This document shows, piece by piece, positions 10,332 to 19,460 of a stretch of DNA of 64,000 nt. Location: positions 12,229 to 76,228 of the forward strand of contig JBLMXH010000067.1 in assembly GCA_050257685.1 (NCBI GenBank), read 5' to 3'. Both the position numbers and the translations under genes were made by a program. This DNA is from Nitrospirota bacterium. GTDB lineage: Bacteria > Verrucomicrobiota > Verrucomicrobiia > Chthoniobacterales > UBA10450. Under the pieces are notes generated by a model. It saw only the letters and a list, made by a program, of their open reading frames with translations. It had not been told where the DNA came from and did no database searches. The number at the start of each line of letters is the position of its first letter. The first letter of the stretch is position 1.

Positions 10332-11819
10332 CTATAGCAATAGCTTACGTTCTGGCCAGGTTAGCTGTAGCTGCCAAATTGTCACGGTAGCAGTTGTTTC
10401 AACCGTCGTGCTGCTCGGAGCGTCTGCCGATTGCGGCTGTTTCGATTTGATCCGTGGCCGGTCAAGCGAACCATCGTTGAATTCGATCAGGTAACCTTCG
10501 TTGATTAGCCAACGCAGATCTGACGCGAGCGCGAGTCTGCGCGGCTCGGCGTCTCCGCTCGCGCCGTTGCCAGTCAACGTTTCGAAAAGCTGCTTTCGAT
10601 TAATTCCCGCTGTGGCCGAGACTGCTTCAAGTATCGCGTTCACCAAAGGGGACACACCCGCGTGTTCATGAACAAACGCTCGGACACGAATCGGCGAAAC
10701 GAACAACATGCCGCGCCGGTGTCGGAAAATGTGCAAACCGTTTTGGCGGAATCGGCTCGCCAGCTCTTGCATAATGTTTGAAGGGGACCGGGTTTCACGC
10801 ACCCACGCCTCTTCGATTGCTCGGTTCAGTATGCGGTCTGGCAAACTCCGGCTCGACGTACCGCCAATGGTTACGTCATCGACGCTGCGGACGAGTTCCG
10901 GCAAATAGTGGGAGCGAAAATGTCGCTCCGCATCCGCAACGGACGAAAACGCCTGCGGTGTTTCTTCGCGCGAGGTTGTATAAGTGGTAATCTTTCTGGC
11001 CTCCTCTTTCCAGTGCTCGACCACCGCGGGATCGCTAACGATCTCGATTTGCCGCTGATAATCGGCAAAGCTCATTCGCCGGCTGAAACGTTGCTCGTAC
11101 AGGCTTCGCAGCTGCGGCTGGTAAGCGTGGTGATTGGTGGGTCCCAGAAGCGCGCCGCTCAAGCGACACCTCGCCACATTCGAGAAATTTCCTTTTATTG
11201 GATCACTTTCGACAACATTGACCTGGTAAAAGTCGCGTTGGGCAAACCGGAATGCATTGCGCTCGAGGAATTCCCGATCCACGGAAATTCCGCCGTTCTC
11301 GCCAAGCTGATAAACCGGCGCCTCGGCTTTTGCGGTGAGACGAACTTCGTATCGCCCCGGTTTTTCCAGAAACAAGCGGGCCAGAACAAACAGTGAATAC
11401 GCAACCGAGCCGGACTTGATCTGCGTAACGACATTTTCGAACACGCTCTGTCTCGGGAGAAAACGAATCGTTCCCTCAAATGGCCTTGGGGAAGCCTGCG
11501 CAACTCGATCCGACGGACGGCGATTTTTGGCTCGGTCCGAATCGCGACGCCTGGCGCTTCCTTTTTGGGGCATTCTGCCGCCGTGGCGCCTGTCTGGCTT
11601 GGATGTTGGGTGACGCGTTTCTTGTCGCCGTTCGCGGGAGCGGAATTTTTGATCCTTCTTTCTGCCACGACGGTCGCGGGTATGTCGTTGAGTCGGCGGC
11701 TCTTCTCTCGTGTAATGGTCGTAATGATTCGTTGAGCCGGGTTCTTTCACCCACGCAGGCAACAATTTCAGATCAAGCAGATCGGCAGGCTCGACGGGCT
11801 GAGCGCTCATCACGTTCAT
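10332..11819 (-). CDS. Hypothetical protein with highly basic disordered N-terminal region
   Basis: 495 aa. Roughly residues 40-115 are Arg/Lys-rich (RHTRDRRGRKKDQKFRSRERRQETRH...), followed by a non-repetitive globular part of about 370 aa. I recognise no family, but it is a long clean ORF. Confidence 0.6.
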   Translation of the reverse strand: MNVMSAQPVEPADLLDLKLLPAWVKEPGSTNHYDHYTREEPPTQRHTRDRRGRKKDQKFRSRERRQETRHPTSKPDRRHGGRMPQKGSARRRDSDRAKNRRPSDRVAQASPRPFEGTIRFLPRQSVFENVVTQIKSGSVAYSLFVLARLFLEKPGRYEVRLTAKAEAPVYQLGENGGISVDREFLERNAFRFAQRDFYQVNVVESDPIKGNFSNVARCRLSGALLGPTNHHAYQPQLRSLYEQRFSRRMSFADYQRQIEIVSDPAVVEHWKEEARKITTYTTSREETPQAFSSVADAERHFRSHYLPELVRSVDDVTIGGTSSRSLPDRILNRAIEEAWVRETRSPSNIMQELASRFRQNGLHIFRHRRGMLFVSPIRVRAFVHEHAGVSPLVNAILEAVSATAGINRKQLFETLTGNGASGDAEPRRLALASDLRWLINEGYLIEFNDGSLDRPRIKSKQPQSADAPSSTTVETTATVTIWQLQLTWPERKLLL

Positions 11820-12025
11820 CTACTCGAAGCAGAGTGGAAGGCAACTTGAAGGTGTATCATCGCACCGCTTTGGTCTCGCCCAAGACGACAAAAGCCGCAG
11901 CCGTGTCGCTCTCCCGAAATTGATTGACATCCTCTTTAATTCATTTACTTGCGATGCTGTGCCCGGATTGTTCGGCAGCTGCCGGACTTAACCCCAGCGC
12001 GACTAATACCAAACGAACAAATTTT

Positions 12026-12277
12026 ATGGCGGATAAATCGATCGAAGAGAAGGTCAAGGACATCATCGTCGAGCAACTCGGCGTTAACCCGGAACAGGTC
12101 ACGCCGCAGGCATCGTTTATTGAGGATTTAGGGGCAGACTCACTGGATATCGTCGAACTGGTGATGGCTTTTGAAGAGGAATTTGGGGTCGAAGTGCCGG
12201 ACGAAGACGCGGAAAAGCTCCAAACGGTCGGCGACGTCATCAAATACATCGAAGAAAAGTCGTCCAAGCAGCAATAA
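12026..12277 (+). CDS. acpP: Acyl carrier protein
   Basis: The phosphopantetheine attachment motif [20 protein letters not shown] is present. The start is [10 protein letters not shown] at ATG 12026. Confidence 0.95.
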   Translation: MADKSIEEKVKDIIVEQLGVNPEQVTPQASFIEDLGADSLDIVELVMAFEEEFGVEVPDEDAEKLQTVGDVIKYIEEKSSKQQ

Positions 12278-12386
12278 CATCCGACGGGATCGCCATTGGC
12301 ATCGCTCTGCAGCCTTCAGGGTTCCCGAACTGCAGAGGCTCAATGACCGCCGGTTGCCAAGGCCTATGAGACGTTCACACTAGGGC

Positions 12387-13496
12387 GTGGACATCACGCT
12401 GCTGCAGCGCCCGCTGTTTTACGTCGGCCATCATTACATAACGGTCCTTGGACTGATCGGCTTTGTCGGGTTTTTCGCCGCCGGACTGATTATCGCCCGG
12501 TTTTTGCAGAGCCATATCGTTCGGCGTTTTTTCAGCCGGTTCAAGATCGACACAAACTTCGTCGCGATTGTCACGACCATCCTGAGTCTGGCGGCGATTG
12601 TCTTTTTCACTGTCACTGCCGTGAATGCTGCGGGAATTCCGCTGCCCTGGACGGCGCCGCTTCCGGCAATCAGCCTGAGCCTCGTTCAAATCTTCCTGCT
12701 GATCGCCCTGTTGCTGGGCGTGTTTTGGTTTTCCTCGGGAACAAAACGTTTTCTGTTCAACAGGCTTCTCGCGCAAAGCGGGCTCGATCGGTCGATGCAG
12801 TACGCGATTGCTCAGGTCGTCAGCAACATCGTGCTGGTGTTTGGCATTTTCTTCGTTCTGGAGAACGCCGGCATTCATCTCGCCGCACTGGCCGTTTTTG
12901 CTGGTGCGGTTGGCGTCGGTGTCGGATTTGGTTTACAAAACATTGCCAGCAATTTCATCAGCGGCCTGGTTATTCTCGCGGAGAGACCGATCACGATCGG
13001 GGACCGAGTTGAAGTGGCAGGAATCGCCGGTCAGGTGGAGCACATCCGAGCGCGCAGCACAGTCATTCGGACTAACGATAATATCATGATGATTGTGCCG
13101 AACTCGAAATTCATCGACTCGCCCGTGACTAACTGGACGTACGGCGACCGGCGGGTGCGCTTTCGTATTCCTGTAGGCGTCGCCTACGGCAGCAATGTTA
13201 ACAAAGTTCGCGACGTGCTGCTCGCGGTCGCGCACGAAGACCCTCATACCTTGAAGGAGCCCGCCCCGAGTGTTTTTCTCCATCAATTTGGCGACAACTC
13301 GATCGACTTTAAACTGATGGTGTGGAGCAGTGAAATGAGCAACCGTCCCAGCCGTTACCGTAGCGACATTAACTTTGCGATCGCCGAGAAATTTCGTGAA
13401 GCTGGGATCGAGTTTCCGTTTCCCCAGCGCGACGTGCACATCAAAGACGGCCTGCTCAGGTTGGAAAACGTTCCGAACAAGGAGAGCACGAAGTAG
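12387..13496 (+). CDS. Mechanosensitive ion channel family protein (MscS-like)
   Basis: N-terminal TM helices are followed by the MscS core NFISGLVILAERPITIGDRVEVAGIAGQVEHIRARSTVIRTNDN. Confidence 0.9.
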   Translation: MDITLLQRPLFYVGHHYITVLGLIGFVGFFAAGLIIARFLQSHIVRRFFSRFKIDTNFVAIVTTILSLAAIVFFTVTAVNAAGIPLPWTAPLPAISLSLVQIFLLIALLLGVFWFSSGTKRFLFNRLLAQSGLDRSMQYAIAQVVSNIVLVFGIFFVLENAGIHLAALAVFAGAVGVGVGFGLQNIASNFISGLVILAERPITIGDRVEVAGIAGQVEHIRARSTVIRTNDNIMMIVPNSKFIDSPVTNWTYGDRRVRFRIPVGVAYGSNVNKVRDVLLAVAHEDPHTLKEPAPSVFLHQFGDNSIDFKLMVWSSEMSNRPSRYRSDINFAIAEKFREAGIEFPFPQRDVHIKDGLLRLENVPNKESTK

Positions 13497-13518
13497 GGCG
13501 GCCTCATTCAGCTGCCTT

Positions 13519-13687
13519 GTCATGTTGAGCGAAGCGCTGCAACCCAATGCGAAGCATAAGGCCAGGTTTCAAACATCTCAGATCGTTACTCTCACGAGCC
13601 GCTCCAAAGGTAATCAGAGATTGAAAGCCTGGCTTCGTCCCGAATATTTTCAGGACTGCGCTGCAGCTTCGCTTCGCTCAGAATGAC
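13519..13687. repeat. Family B inverted-repeat element, copy 1
   Basis: The termini GTCATGTTGAGCGAAGCG ... CGCTTCGCTCAGAATGAC are reverse complements of each other. The copy is intergenic. Confidence 0.8.
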
Positions 13688-13705
13688 ACGTTTTGAGAGC
13701 TTTTC

Positions 13706-14869
13706 GTGAAGCACGACCATACAATTCCGTTTCCCCAAGGCGTGGCGAAGGTATTACAGCTACGTGACCTGCAGGATTCCGAAGTCTGGAAACGAGCGCT
13801 TCGGAATAGATCGAAAGATCATCGTTACTACGAGATCGTTGAACAAACGCTGCACTGCGGATTCGAGCATCATTATCTGATGATCGAAGACGGCTCCGGC
13901 AATGTGCGCGCGATTCAGCCGGTGTTTTTTGTCCGGCAAAACTTGGTCGAAGGCATACCGGGAACAATCCGCTCCATTGTGGATGGAATCCGAAGCGTGT
14001 TTCCACGCTTTCTCACCATGCGTGTGCTGATGGTTGGCTGCGGAGCCGGCACAGGCGACCTGGCCGCAAGCGACAAAGAAAATGAGCCGTGGGTGGCAAA
14101 TGCATTACAGGCGACCCTTCAAACGTTCGCAAAGCGCAACAAAGCCTCACTCGTCGTATTCAAGGACTTTCCGGCGAACTATCGGTCAGTGCTCGATAAC
14201 CTGGTCTCGAATAGTTACGCGCGCATTCCGAGCATGCCGATGACGCGACTACCGCTCGGTTACGCCAATTGGGACGAATATTTCGCCACGCTCAGCAAGG
14301 CGACACGGAAAGATTTGCGGCGGAAGTTTCGCAAAGCTGAGCGCGCACCAAAGATCGAGATGGAGGTGCTAAGCGACGTCACGTCTTTGGTCGACGAAAT
14401 CTATCCACTGTATCTGGCCGTCCACGAGCGATCGCCATTGAAATTTGAGACGCTGACAAAAGATTACTTCCGCGCGGTTGGTCAGCGGATGCCGGAACAT
14501 GCGCGGTTTTTCATCTGGCGACAAAACGGCAAAATCGTTGCGTTTAGTTTCTGCCTCGTCTGCGGGGATGCTATCTATGACGAATGCATCGGGCTTGATT
14601 ACAGCGTCGCGCTTGACCTGCATTTATACTTTTACACCCTGCGGGACATCATCTCATGGGCGCTACAACAAGGGTTGAAATATTACTACAGCAATCCGCT
14701 GAATTATGAGCCAAAGCTGCATCTGGATTGTGAACTAGTCCCTCTGGACCTTTACATCATGCACACCAATCCTTTCCTGAATCCAATCTTTCGTCGGCTG
14801 ATCAAATATCTCGGTCCGACGCACCACGATCCAGTGTTGCACAGATTCCCAAATGCGGATCAGCTTTGA
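13706..14869 (+). CDS. FemAB-like / GNAT (Acetyltransf_6-type) family protein
   Basis: 387 aa. The overall pattern (YYEIVEQT..., FKDFP, KATRKDLRRKFRKAE, FFIWRQNGKIVAFSF, YY.NPLNY) resembles BioF2-like/FemAB-like acyltransferases. This assignment is by eye only. Confidence 0.55.
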   Translation: MKHDHTIPFPQGVAKVLQLRDLQDSEVWKRALRNRSKDHRYYEIVEQTLHCGFEHHYLMIEDGSGNVRAIQPVFFVRQNLVEGIPGTIRSIVDGIRSVFPRFLTMRVLMVGCGAGTGDLAASDKENEPWVANALQATLQTFAKRNKASLVVFKDFPANYRSVLDNLVSNSYARIPSMPMTRLPLGYANWDEYFATLSKATRKDLRRKFRKAERAPKIEMEVLSDVTSLVDEIYPLYLAVHERSPLKFETLTKDYFRAVGQRMPEHARFFIWRQNGKIVAFSFCLVCGDAIYDECIGLDYSVALDLHLYFYTLRDIISWALQQGLKYYYSNPLNYEPKLHLDCELVPLDLYIMHTNPFLNPIFRRLIKYLGPTHHDPVLHRFPNADQL

Positions 14870-14883
14870 TATTTGAAAGACGC

Positions 14884-14963
14884 GGTAGGGCGGGCAGTCC
14901 TCTGCACGCCGAATTTCCGGCGCGCACTCGCTACGGCCAGCAGGCCGCGTGACGCGCCCTACC
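14884..14963. repeat. Family C inverted-repeat element, copy 2
   Basis: GGTAGGGCGGGCAGTCCTCTGCACGCCG ... GCGTGACGCGCCCTACC. Confidence 0.75.
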
Positions 14964-15015
14964 AACGGCAGCTCAAAATCGGTTGCGGCGCTTTGATCGC
15001 GCGCTAAAAAAGCGG

Positions 15016-15420
15016 ATGCAAAATCGGCCATCTGGCTTCGGCAATCCCTGGCTGCAACTCGGGTTTAGTGTTGTGTGTGTATTCGCCTCCGAGTTGCTAT
15101 TGAAACGCGGCGCAACCGAGGTTGCCGCGCCGGACGACGCGTTTTCCTGGAGCGGAATCAATGGCCTGGCGTCGCCACTGGTGTGGTGGGCGATTCTTCT
15201 CATCATCGCAAGCTTCATCACTTGGCTGTACGTACTTCGTTATATCCCGCTGAGCTTTGCTTATCCGCTCTCGCGCGTAGTCGATATTCTTGTTCCGCTG
15301 GGCTGCTGGCTTTTCCTCGGCGAACTCATTTCCACATTGCGTTGGTGCGGTATAGCGCTGGTGATTTTCGGCTTGGCTTTGGTGGCACAGCCGATCGCAA
15401 AAATGGAGGAACGTCTGTGA
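15016..15420 (+). CDS. Small EamA/SMR-like half-transporter (ArnE-like)
   Basis: Four hydrophobic helices and about 134 aa from ATG 15016 (an alternative TTG lies at 14983). The stop overlaps the next start as GTGA. Confidence 0.55.
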   Translation: MQNRPSGFGNPWLQLGFSVVCVFASELLLKRGATEVAAPDDAFSWSGINGLASPLVWWAILLIIASFITWLYVLRYIPLSFAYPLSRVVDILVPLGCWLFLGELISTLRWCGIALVIFGLALVAQPIAKMEERL

Positions 15421-15761
15421 CTCTTCTCGCTTTCCTATTCGTCCTCATCTCGCTAATCACATTTGTGGCAGCGCAGCTCATCCTAAAAAAAGCGATGGAA
15501 TTCTCAGGCACGCACGGCATGCGCAACTCCTACTTTATTTGGCGGGTTGTCATTGGCGTTGTTCTTATGACAATTTCCTTTTTCCTGACGCTCGGCTTAC
15601 TGCAGCGGTTCGACCTGAGTTATCTTTATCCTTTCCAAGGATTGAGCGTGATCTTTATCACGATCCTCGCCGCCGTTGTGTTGAAGGAAAAACTAAGCGT
15701 CCGGCTCACCATCGGCGCGCTCCTGATCACCGCGGGGATCATTTTAGTCTCCTTCAGCTGA
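15417..15761 (+). CDS. Small EamA/SMR-like half-transporter (ArnF-like)
   Basis: GTG 15417 overlaps the upstream TGA. The protein is 114 aa with four hydrophobic helices (LISLITFVAAQLILKKAM...). This paired arrangement resembles ArnE/ArnF-type undecaprenyl-phosphate-sugar flippases. Confidence 0.55.
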   Translation: MTLLAFLFVLISLITFVAAQLILKKAMEFSGTHGMRNSYFIWRVVIGVVLMTISFFLTLGLLQRFDLSYLYPFQGLSVIFITILAAVVLKEKLSVRLTIGALLITAGIILVSFS

Positions 15762-15798
15762 GAACTGTGCTGGGATTTTTTGGCAGCACTCTCATTAA

Positions 15799-15892
15799 CA
15801 CCTCGCTTCAGCGAGGTGCTAAGTGGCTCTAGTTTGCTGTAACCGCTTCAGCGGTTTCTTTGGCTGGTTGTGAAGAACCGTTGAAGCGGTTC
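15799..15892. repeat. Cluster of three GC-rich hairpins at a convergent gene junction
   Basis: The hairpins are CACCTCGC-TTCA-GCGAGGTG (15799-15818), AACCGC-TTCA-GCGGTT (15841-15856) and GAACCG-TTGAAG-CGGTTC (15875-15892). They may act as bidirectional terminators. Confidence 0.5.
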
Positions 15893-16010
15893 AGGAACCT
15901 ATGGTCCAGAGTGCGACGCTGCTAAACCAGGGGTTAATAAGAAGATCGCAAGAACAAGGCCTTTAATATGATGTCTCCCTCCGCGGGAACGAAGCGATTC
16001 GCCTGGAAGA

Positions 16011-16859
16011 TCAGATTAATAACGGCCAGAGTTTTCCCAGAGTGGCTAAATTAGTCGCGCGTGTTTCCTCCGGGTTTGGTGGCGCGAGCTTCGGCCGGTC
16101 GAACTCAGCGGCGAAACTTTGCTTCCAACGCGCATACTGCGGTGGAGAATATGCGCCGCATATGTCGCCACCGATGATCCGAGAAGATTCGCGCAATTTT
16201 CCAAGGGCCCACTCAAGATCGGCGACCGTGAAGCGACCGCTTTCCCAGTTTGTCACCGCCTCTTCAATGCGCAGGCAATCGAGGTCAATTGTGATGTAGA
16301 CATTTTCGCCCACGAGACCGTTTGCAAATTCTTCAAAACGGTCGCGCCAATTCTCCCGCAGAATCGCGCCCTTCCGTTGTCGATCCTTGAATGACCGATC
16401 GTCTGCCCACGGATGCACTTCAAGACTTCCGGCGCGTTCCGCGCGACGATTCCCAAAAATCTGGTGCGGCCACCAACATTCGAAATTGCCGCAGCCCCAA
16501 ATACTGGCCAGCCGTACCGTTGGAAGTTCTAACGCACGGTTCACCCATCCGCCGCAGGCCCATTTCGGAGGTCGCACATCCCAATCCGGGTGGTTATCGA
16601 AGGAGACGAGAACCATCGGTTCCGCAACGGAACGTAATCGGAGTGCAGTTAGATAGTGGAAATCGCCAGACCCGTAGAGCAGGAACGGCGCCGCCAGTTC
16701 TCTCTCCCGCTCCCGATAAAATCGTTCGACCACGCGTGCAGGCGCGGAGAAACGCAATTGCGGGCCCCAGTTCCGTCCATCCACGGTCGGAAGGCCGACT
16801 GATTCGTTCGGCCACGCGTCATCGAGATTGAGATGAAGCGCGCCGTCGCTCAAGATCAC
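16011..16859 (-). CDS. Arginase/ureohydrolase-fold protein (divergent)
   Basis: The motifs GSGDFHY, FDNHPDWD and TIDLDCL line up by eye with the ureohydrolase metal-ligand motifs GGDHS, DAHxD and SxDxDxxDP. The start overlaps the upstream stop as ATGA. Confidence 0.5.
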   Translation of the reverse strand: MILSDGALHLNLDDAWPNESVGLPTVDGRNWGPQLRFSAPARVVERFYRERERELAAPFLLYGSGDFHYLTALRLRSVAEPMVLVSFDNHPDWDVRPPKWACGGWVNRALELPTVRLASIWGCGNFECWWPHQIFGNRRAERAGSLEVHPWADDRSFKDRQRKGAILRENWRDRFEEFANGLVGENVYITIDLDCLRIEEAVTNWESGRFTVADLEWALGKLRESSRIIGGDICGAYSPPQYARWKQSFAAEFDRPKLAPPNPEETRATNLATLGKLWPLLI

Positions 16860-18793
16860 CGGTTCGCGGCTGGGAAAATCTCAGCATCAGCCGCCTTCGC
16901 CACGCGCAGGTTCTCCTCGGCTTCCTTGTATCCAGGATTGCGCCGCAGCGCTTCACTGAACTGCACCACGGCTTGGGAAATTTGACCCTGATTCAGGTAC
17001 ACTCTGCCCAGATTGTTGTAGGCCACCGTCAATTCCGGGTCCGCTCGAAGAGCCGCCAGATAATGGCCTTCCGCCTCCTTGAGATTTCCATTGGCGAAAA
17101 GTGCGTCTGCGAGGCGAAGCTCAGCGTACGGGTAATTCGGCTTAAGCCGAAGAACCGTCCGAAGCTCGCTGATGTATTCGTCGTTTTTGCCCAGTGCCAG
17201 AAGGAAAGCTGCATAGGTGTAATGTGCATCAGCTGAGTTTGGTTTCAGGCGTGTGCCGGTTTCGAACTGAGAAGCGGCGTCATCGTTGCGTCCGATCCGT
17301 TGCAGCAGATTCCCGTACAACAAATGAAAATCACCGCTGTTCGGTTGAAGCCGCAATGCGGTTTCCATGTGCGGGACCGCGGCGTCGAATTTGGCTTGCG
17401 CACTTAATGTAACACCAAGGTTCATGTGCGCTTCCGCGTATTTGGGATTAAGACGGATGGCGGTTTTGTACTGTTCGGCGGCTTCGTCCAATTTGCCTTC
17501 CTTCTGCAATGCCGAGCCGTAATCAAAATGCGGTTTCGCAGCGTCAGGCACATCCGCGACTACCCACGCCGTGCGTTGCGCTTCGGGTACGGAAACATGT
17601 GTTTGCCAAAACCACAGTGCGCCGAGTGGCACCACGAATACGCTCACCCACTTCAAGCCGTGCCACGCCCAACCAGGAAGCAGACCCCCAAGCGACACGT
17701 CAGCGGTGCCACCGGCAAGCCCCAGCGATTGACGCGTCGAGCGTTCCCGAACTTTCCAGATAAATCCGTCGTAATAAAAATGCAGGAGCGTGGAAGCAGT
17801 CACCACGCCAGTGAGGATGCGCTTAACTGTGTCCATGCCAATATGCGAATTGATGAAGGAGACTGAGCCGTAGGCAAAGACCAGGCCGACATAAAGGCCA
17901 ACGAGCGAGCCGCTCCTTCGGAACACAAACCGCATGAATCCGCCAATGTTGCTGTCTTTCTCGACGCGGTTGCGATTGTAAATCCAGACAAGCGACAGGT
18001 ATTGCACGTCGTGAAACACTTCGAACAATGCGATCCCGACGAGGATGTTTGAGACCAGATTATTGCAGTACCACCAGAACGCGATGCTGGTGACTAGTAA
18101 ACCCAGTTTTACTGGATTTGGTCGATGGCCCGCGACCCAAGTACGAATAAAATGCGCAGCGAACAAAACCGATACAAAAATGGCTGCGCTGAGAATGACG
18201 TTCTGGCCGAGCTGCACAACTGAAGGCGGAATAAACGGCCCGCCACACATGTAAAAAGTCTCCAGTGTATCGCCTAACCGGAACGGCGACAGCACCACCG
18301 CCGTGGCGAACCATATCAGGCACATGGCGAAATCGAGCCGGCGGGTAAGCGCATCGAACGTTCCGGTCTTGGCGTCGTAGATGCGGCAAAAGCCGTAGGT
18401 CTGCATCAACCCATGCCAAACCCCCCAGAAGAAAACCACTAAGAGAATTCCTTTGAGGTCCCACCAGAAGAAGGCCACGCACACTCCGAGCAGAAACAGC
18501 GGTGCGAAAATGAACCGCCATTTGAAGCGGTCGAACAAAGCACGATCACCGTACGCCCGTATCATTCCGGGCAGGTGATGGCCCATGGCACCGAAGGCAG
18601 CGACAAAAAGATAAATATCCTCTGGACTCCACTTCGACTGGGCAAGCGCGAAGGCGGGTATCAGCAGGAGCGGTGTGCCAACGTACAAGATCAAGTCGCG
18701 CCATGAATCGAGGATCCACAGCTTCCGCCCTGCGGCAGAGGGCGGCGCAGTCGGAACAGTTTGCAGACGTGAGAACCCGGAAACTTGCTGCAT
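16856..18793 (-). CDS. Polytopic membrane protein with C-terminal TPR array
   Basis: The N-terminal 400 aa or so contains at least 10 hydrophobic segments. The C-terminal 230 aa or so holds clear TPR repeats (AEQYKTAIRLNPKYAEAHMNLG..., ALRADPELTVAYNNLGRVYLNQGQ...). Confidence 0.7.
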   Translation of the reverse strand: MQQVSGFSRLQTVPTAPPSAAGRKLWILDSWRDLILYVGTPLLLIPAFALAQSKWSPEDIYLFVAAFGAMGHHLPGMIRAYGDRALFDRFKWRFIFAPLFLLGVCVAFFWWDLKGILLVVFFWGVWHGLMQTYGFCRIYDAKTGTFDALTRRLDFAMCLIWFATAVVLSPFRLGDTLETFYMCGGPFIPPSVVQLGQNVILSAAIFVSVLFAAHFIRTWVAGHRPNPVKLGLLVTSIAFWWYCNNLVSNILVGIALFEVFHDVQYLSLVWIYNRNRVEKDSNIGGFMRFVFRRSGSLVGLYVGLVFAYGSVSFINSHIGMDTVKRILTGVVTASTLLHFYYDGFIWKVRERSTRQSLGLAGGTADVSLGGLLPGWAWHGLKWVSVFVVPLGALWFWQTHVSVPEAQRTAWVVADVPDAAKPHFDYGSALQKEGKLDEAAEQYKTAIRLNPKYAEAHMNLGVTLSAQAKFDAAVPHMETALRLQPNSGDFHLLYGNLLQRIGRNDDAASQFETGTRLKPNSADAHYTYAAFLLALGKNDEYISELRTVLRLKPNYPYAELRLADALFANGNLKEAEGHYLAALRADPELTVAYNNLGRVYLNQGQISQAVVQFSEALRRNPGYKEAEENLRVAKAADAEIFPAANR

Positions 18794-18912
18794 GAAGTCG
18801 GGGGCAAGTCTTCCCTAAAACGGTGACGAAATCAATCCGCTTTGTGCCTGGCGGCTCCCACCGCAGATAATGGTGCGCGCAAATTGGCTCTCACGCGCGA
18901 AGGATAAGTGAC

Positions 18913-19383
18913 ATGGCGAACAATACTCGGGCAGCGGGAAAAAAGAAGAACGGCCAGGAACGTGATGTCTTTTGCGCCATTAGCGATGCATTCCGGTGTT
19001 TTGCGAACCGTTCATCCATTTTGCTCGGCAGCGCATGGGCCTTTTGCGGCGCTGTTCTGGTAATTGTGGTTTGGCTTGTCACCGGGCCGACTTTTCATTT
19101 CTCCGATACGTGGCAATTGATCATCAACACCGCCACCACGGTGATCACGTTTCTGATGGTGTTTATGATTCAGAACACCCAGAACCGTGACGCCAAAGCC
19201 GTGCACCTCAAGTTGGACGAGTTAATTCGTGCCGTGGAAGGCGCTCGCAATCAACTTGTTGATTTGGAAAACCTCTCTGATGAAGATCTCAAGAAACTGG
19301 AGGACCAGTTTCGACGATTGCGGAAACAAGCTGAAACCCGTCCGGCACGTTCGAGTAACGGGCTGTCCGCGAAATCCCGGTAA
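18913..19383 (+). CDS. Low-affinity iron permease family protein (PF04120-like)
   Basis: Two TM helices and the motif WQLIINTATTVITFLMVFMIQNTQNRDAKAVHLKLDELI are characteristic of this family. Confidence 0.7.
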   Translation: MANNTRAAGKKKNGQERDVFCAISDAFRCFANRSSILLGSAWAFCGAVLVIVVWLVTGPTFHFSDTWQLIINTATTVITFLMVFMIQNTQNRDAKAVHLKLDELIRAVEGARNQLVDLENLSDEDLKKLEDQFRRLRKQAETRPARSSNGLSAKSR

Positions 19384-19460
19384 AAGCTAACCGTCTCGAT
19401 CCAGGCTGGTTTATTGCCGCGCATTGCAAATTTACCGCACTCGCATCTAATCTCTCGCAC

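Noticed and set aside
12933-13547. 204-aa minus-strand ORF antisense to the MscS-like gene.
   Set aside because: The MscS frame has the conserved channel core. The antisense ORF has no features and ends inside repeat B1.
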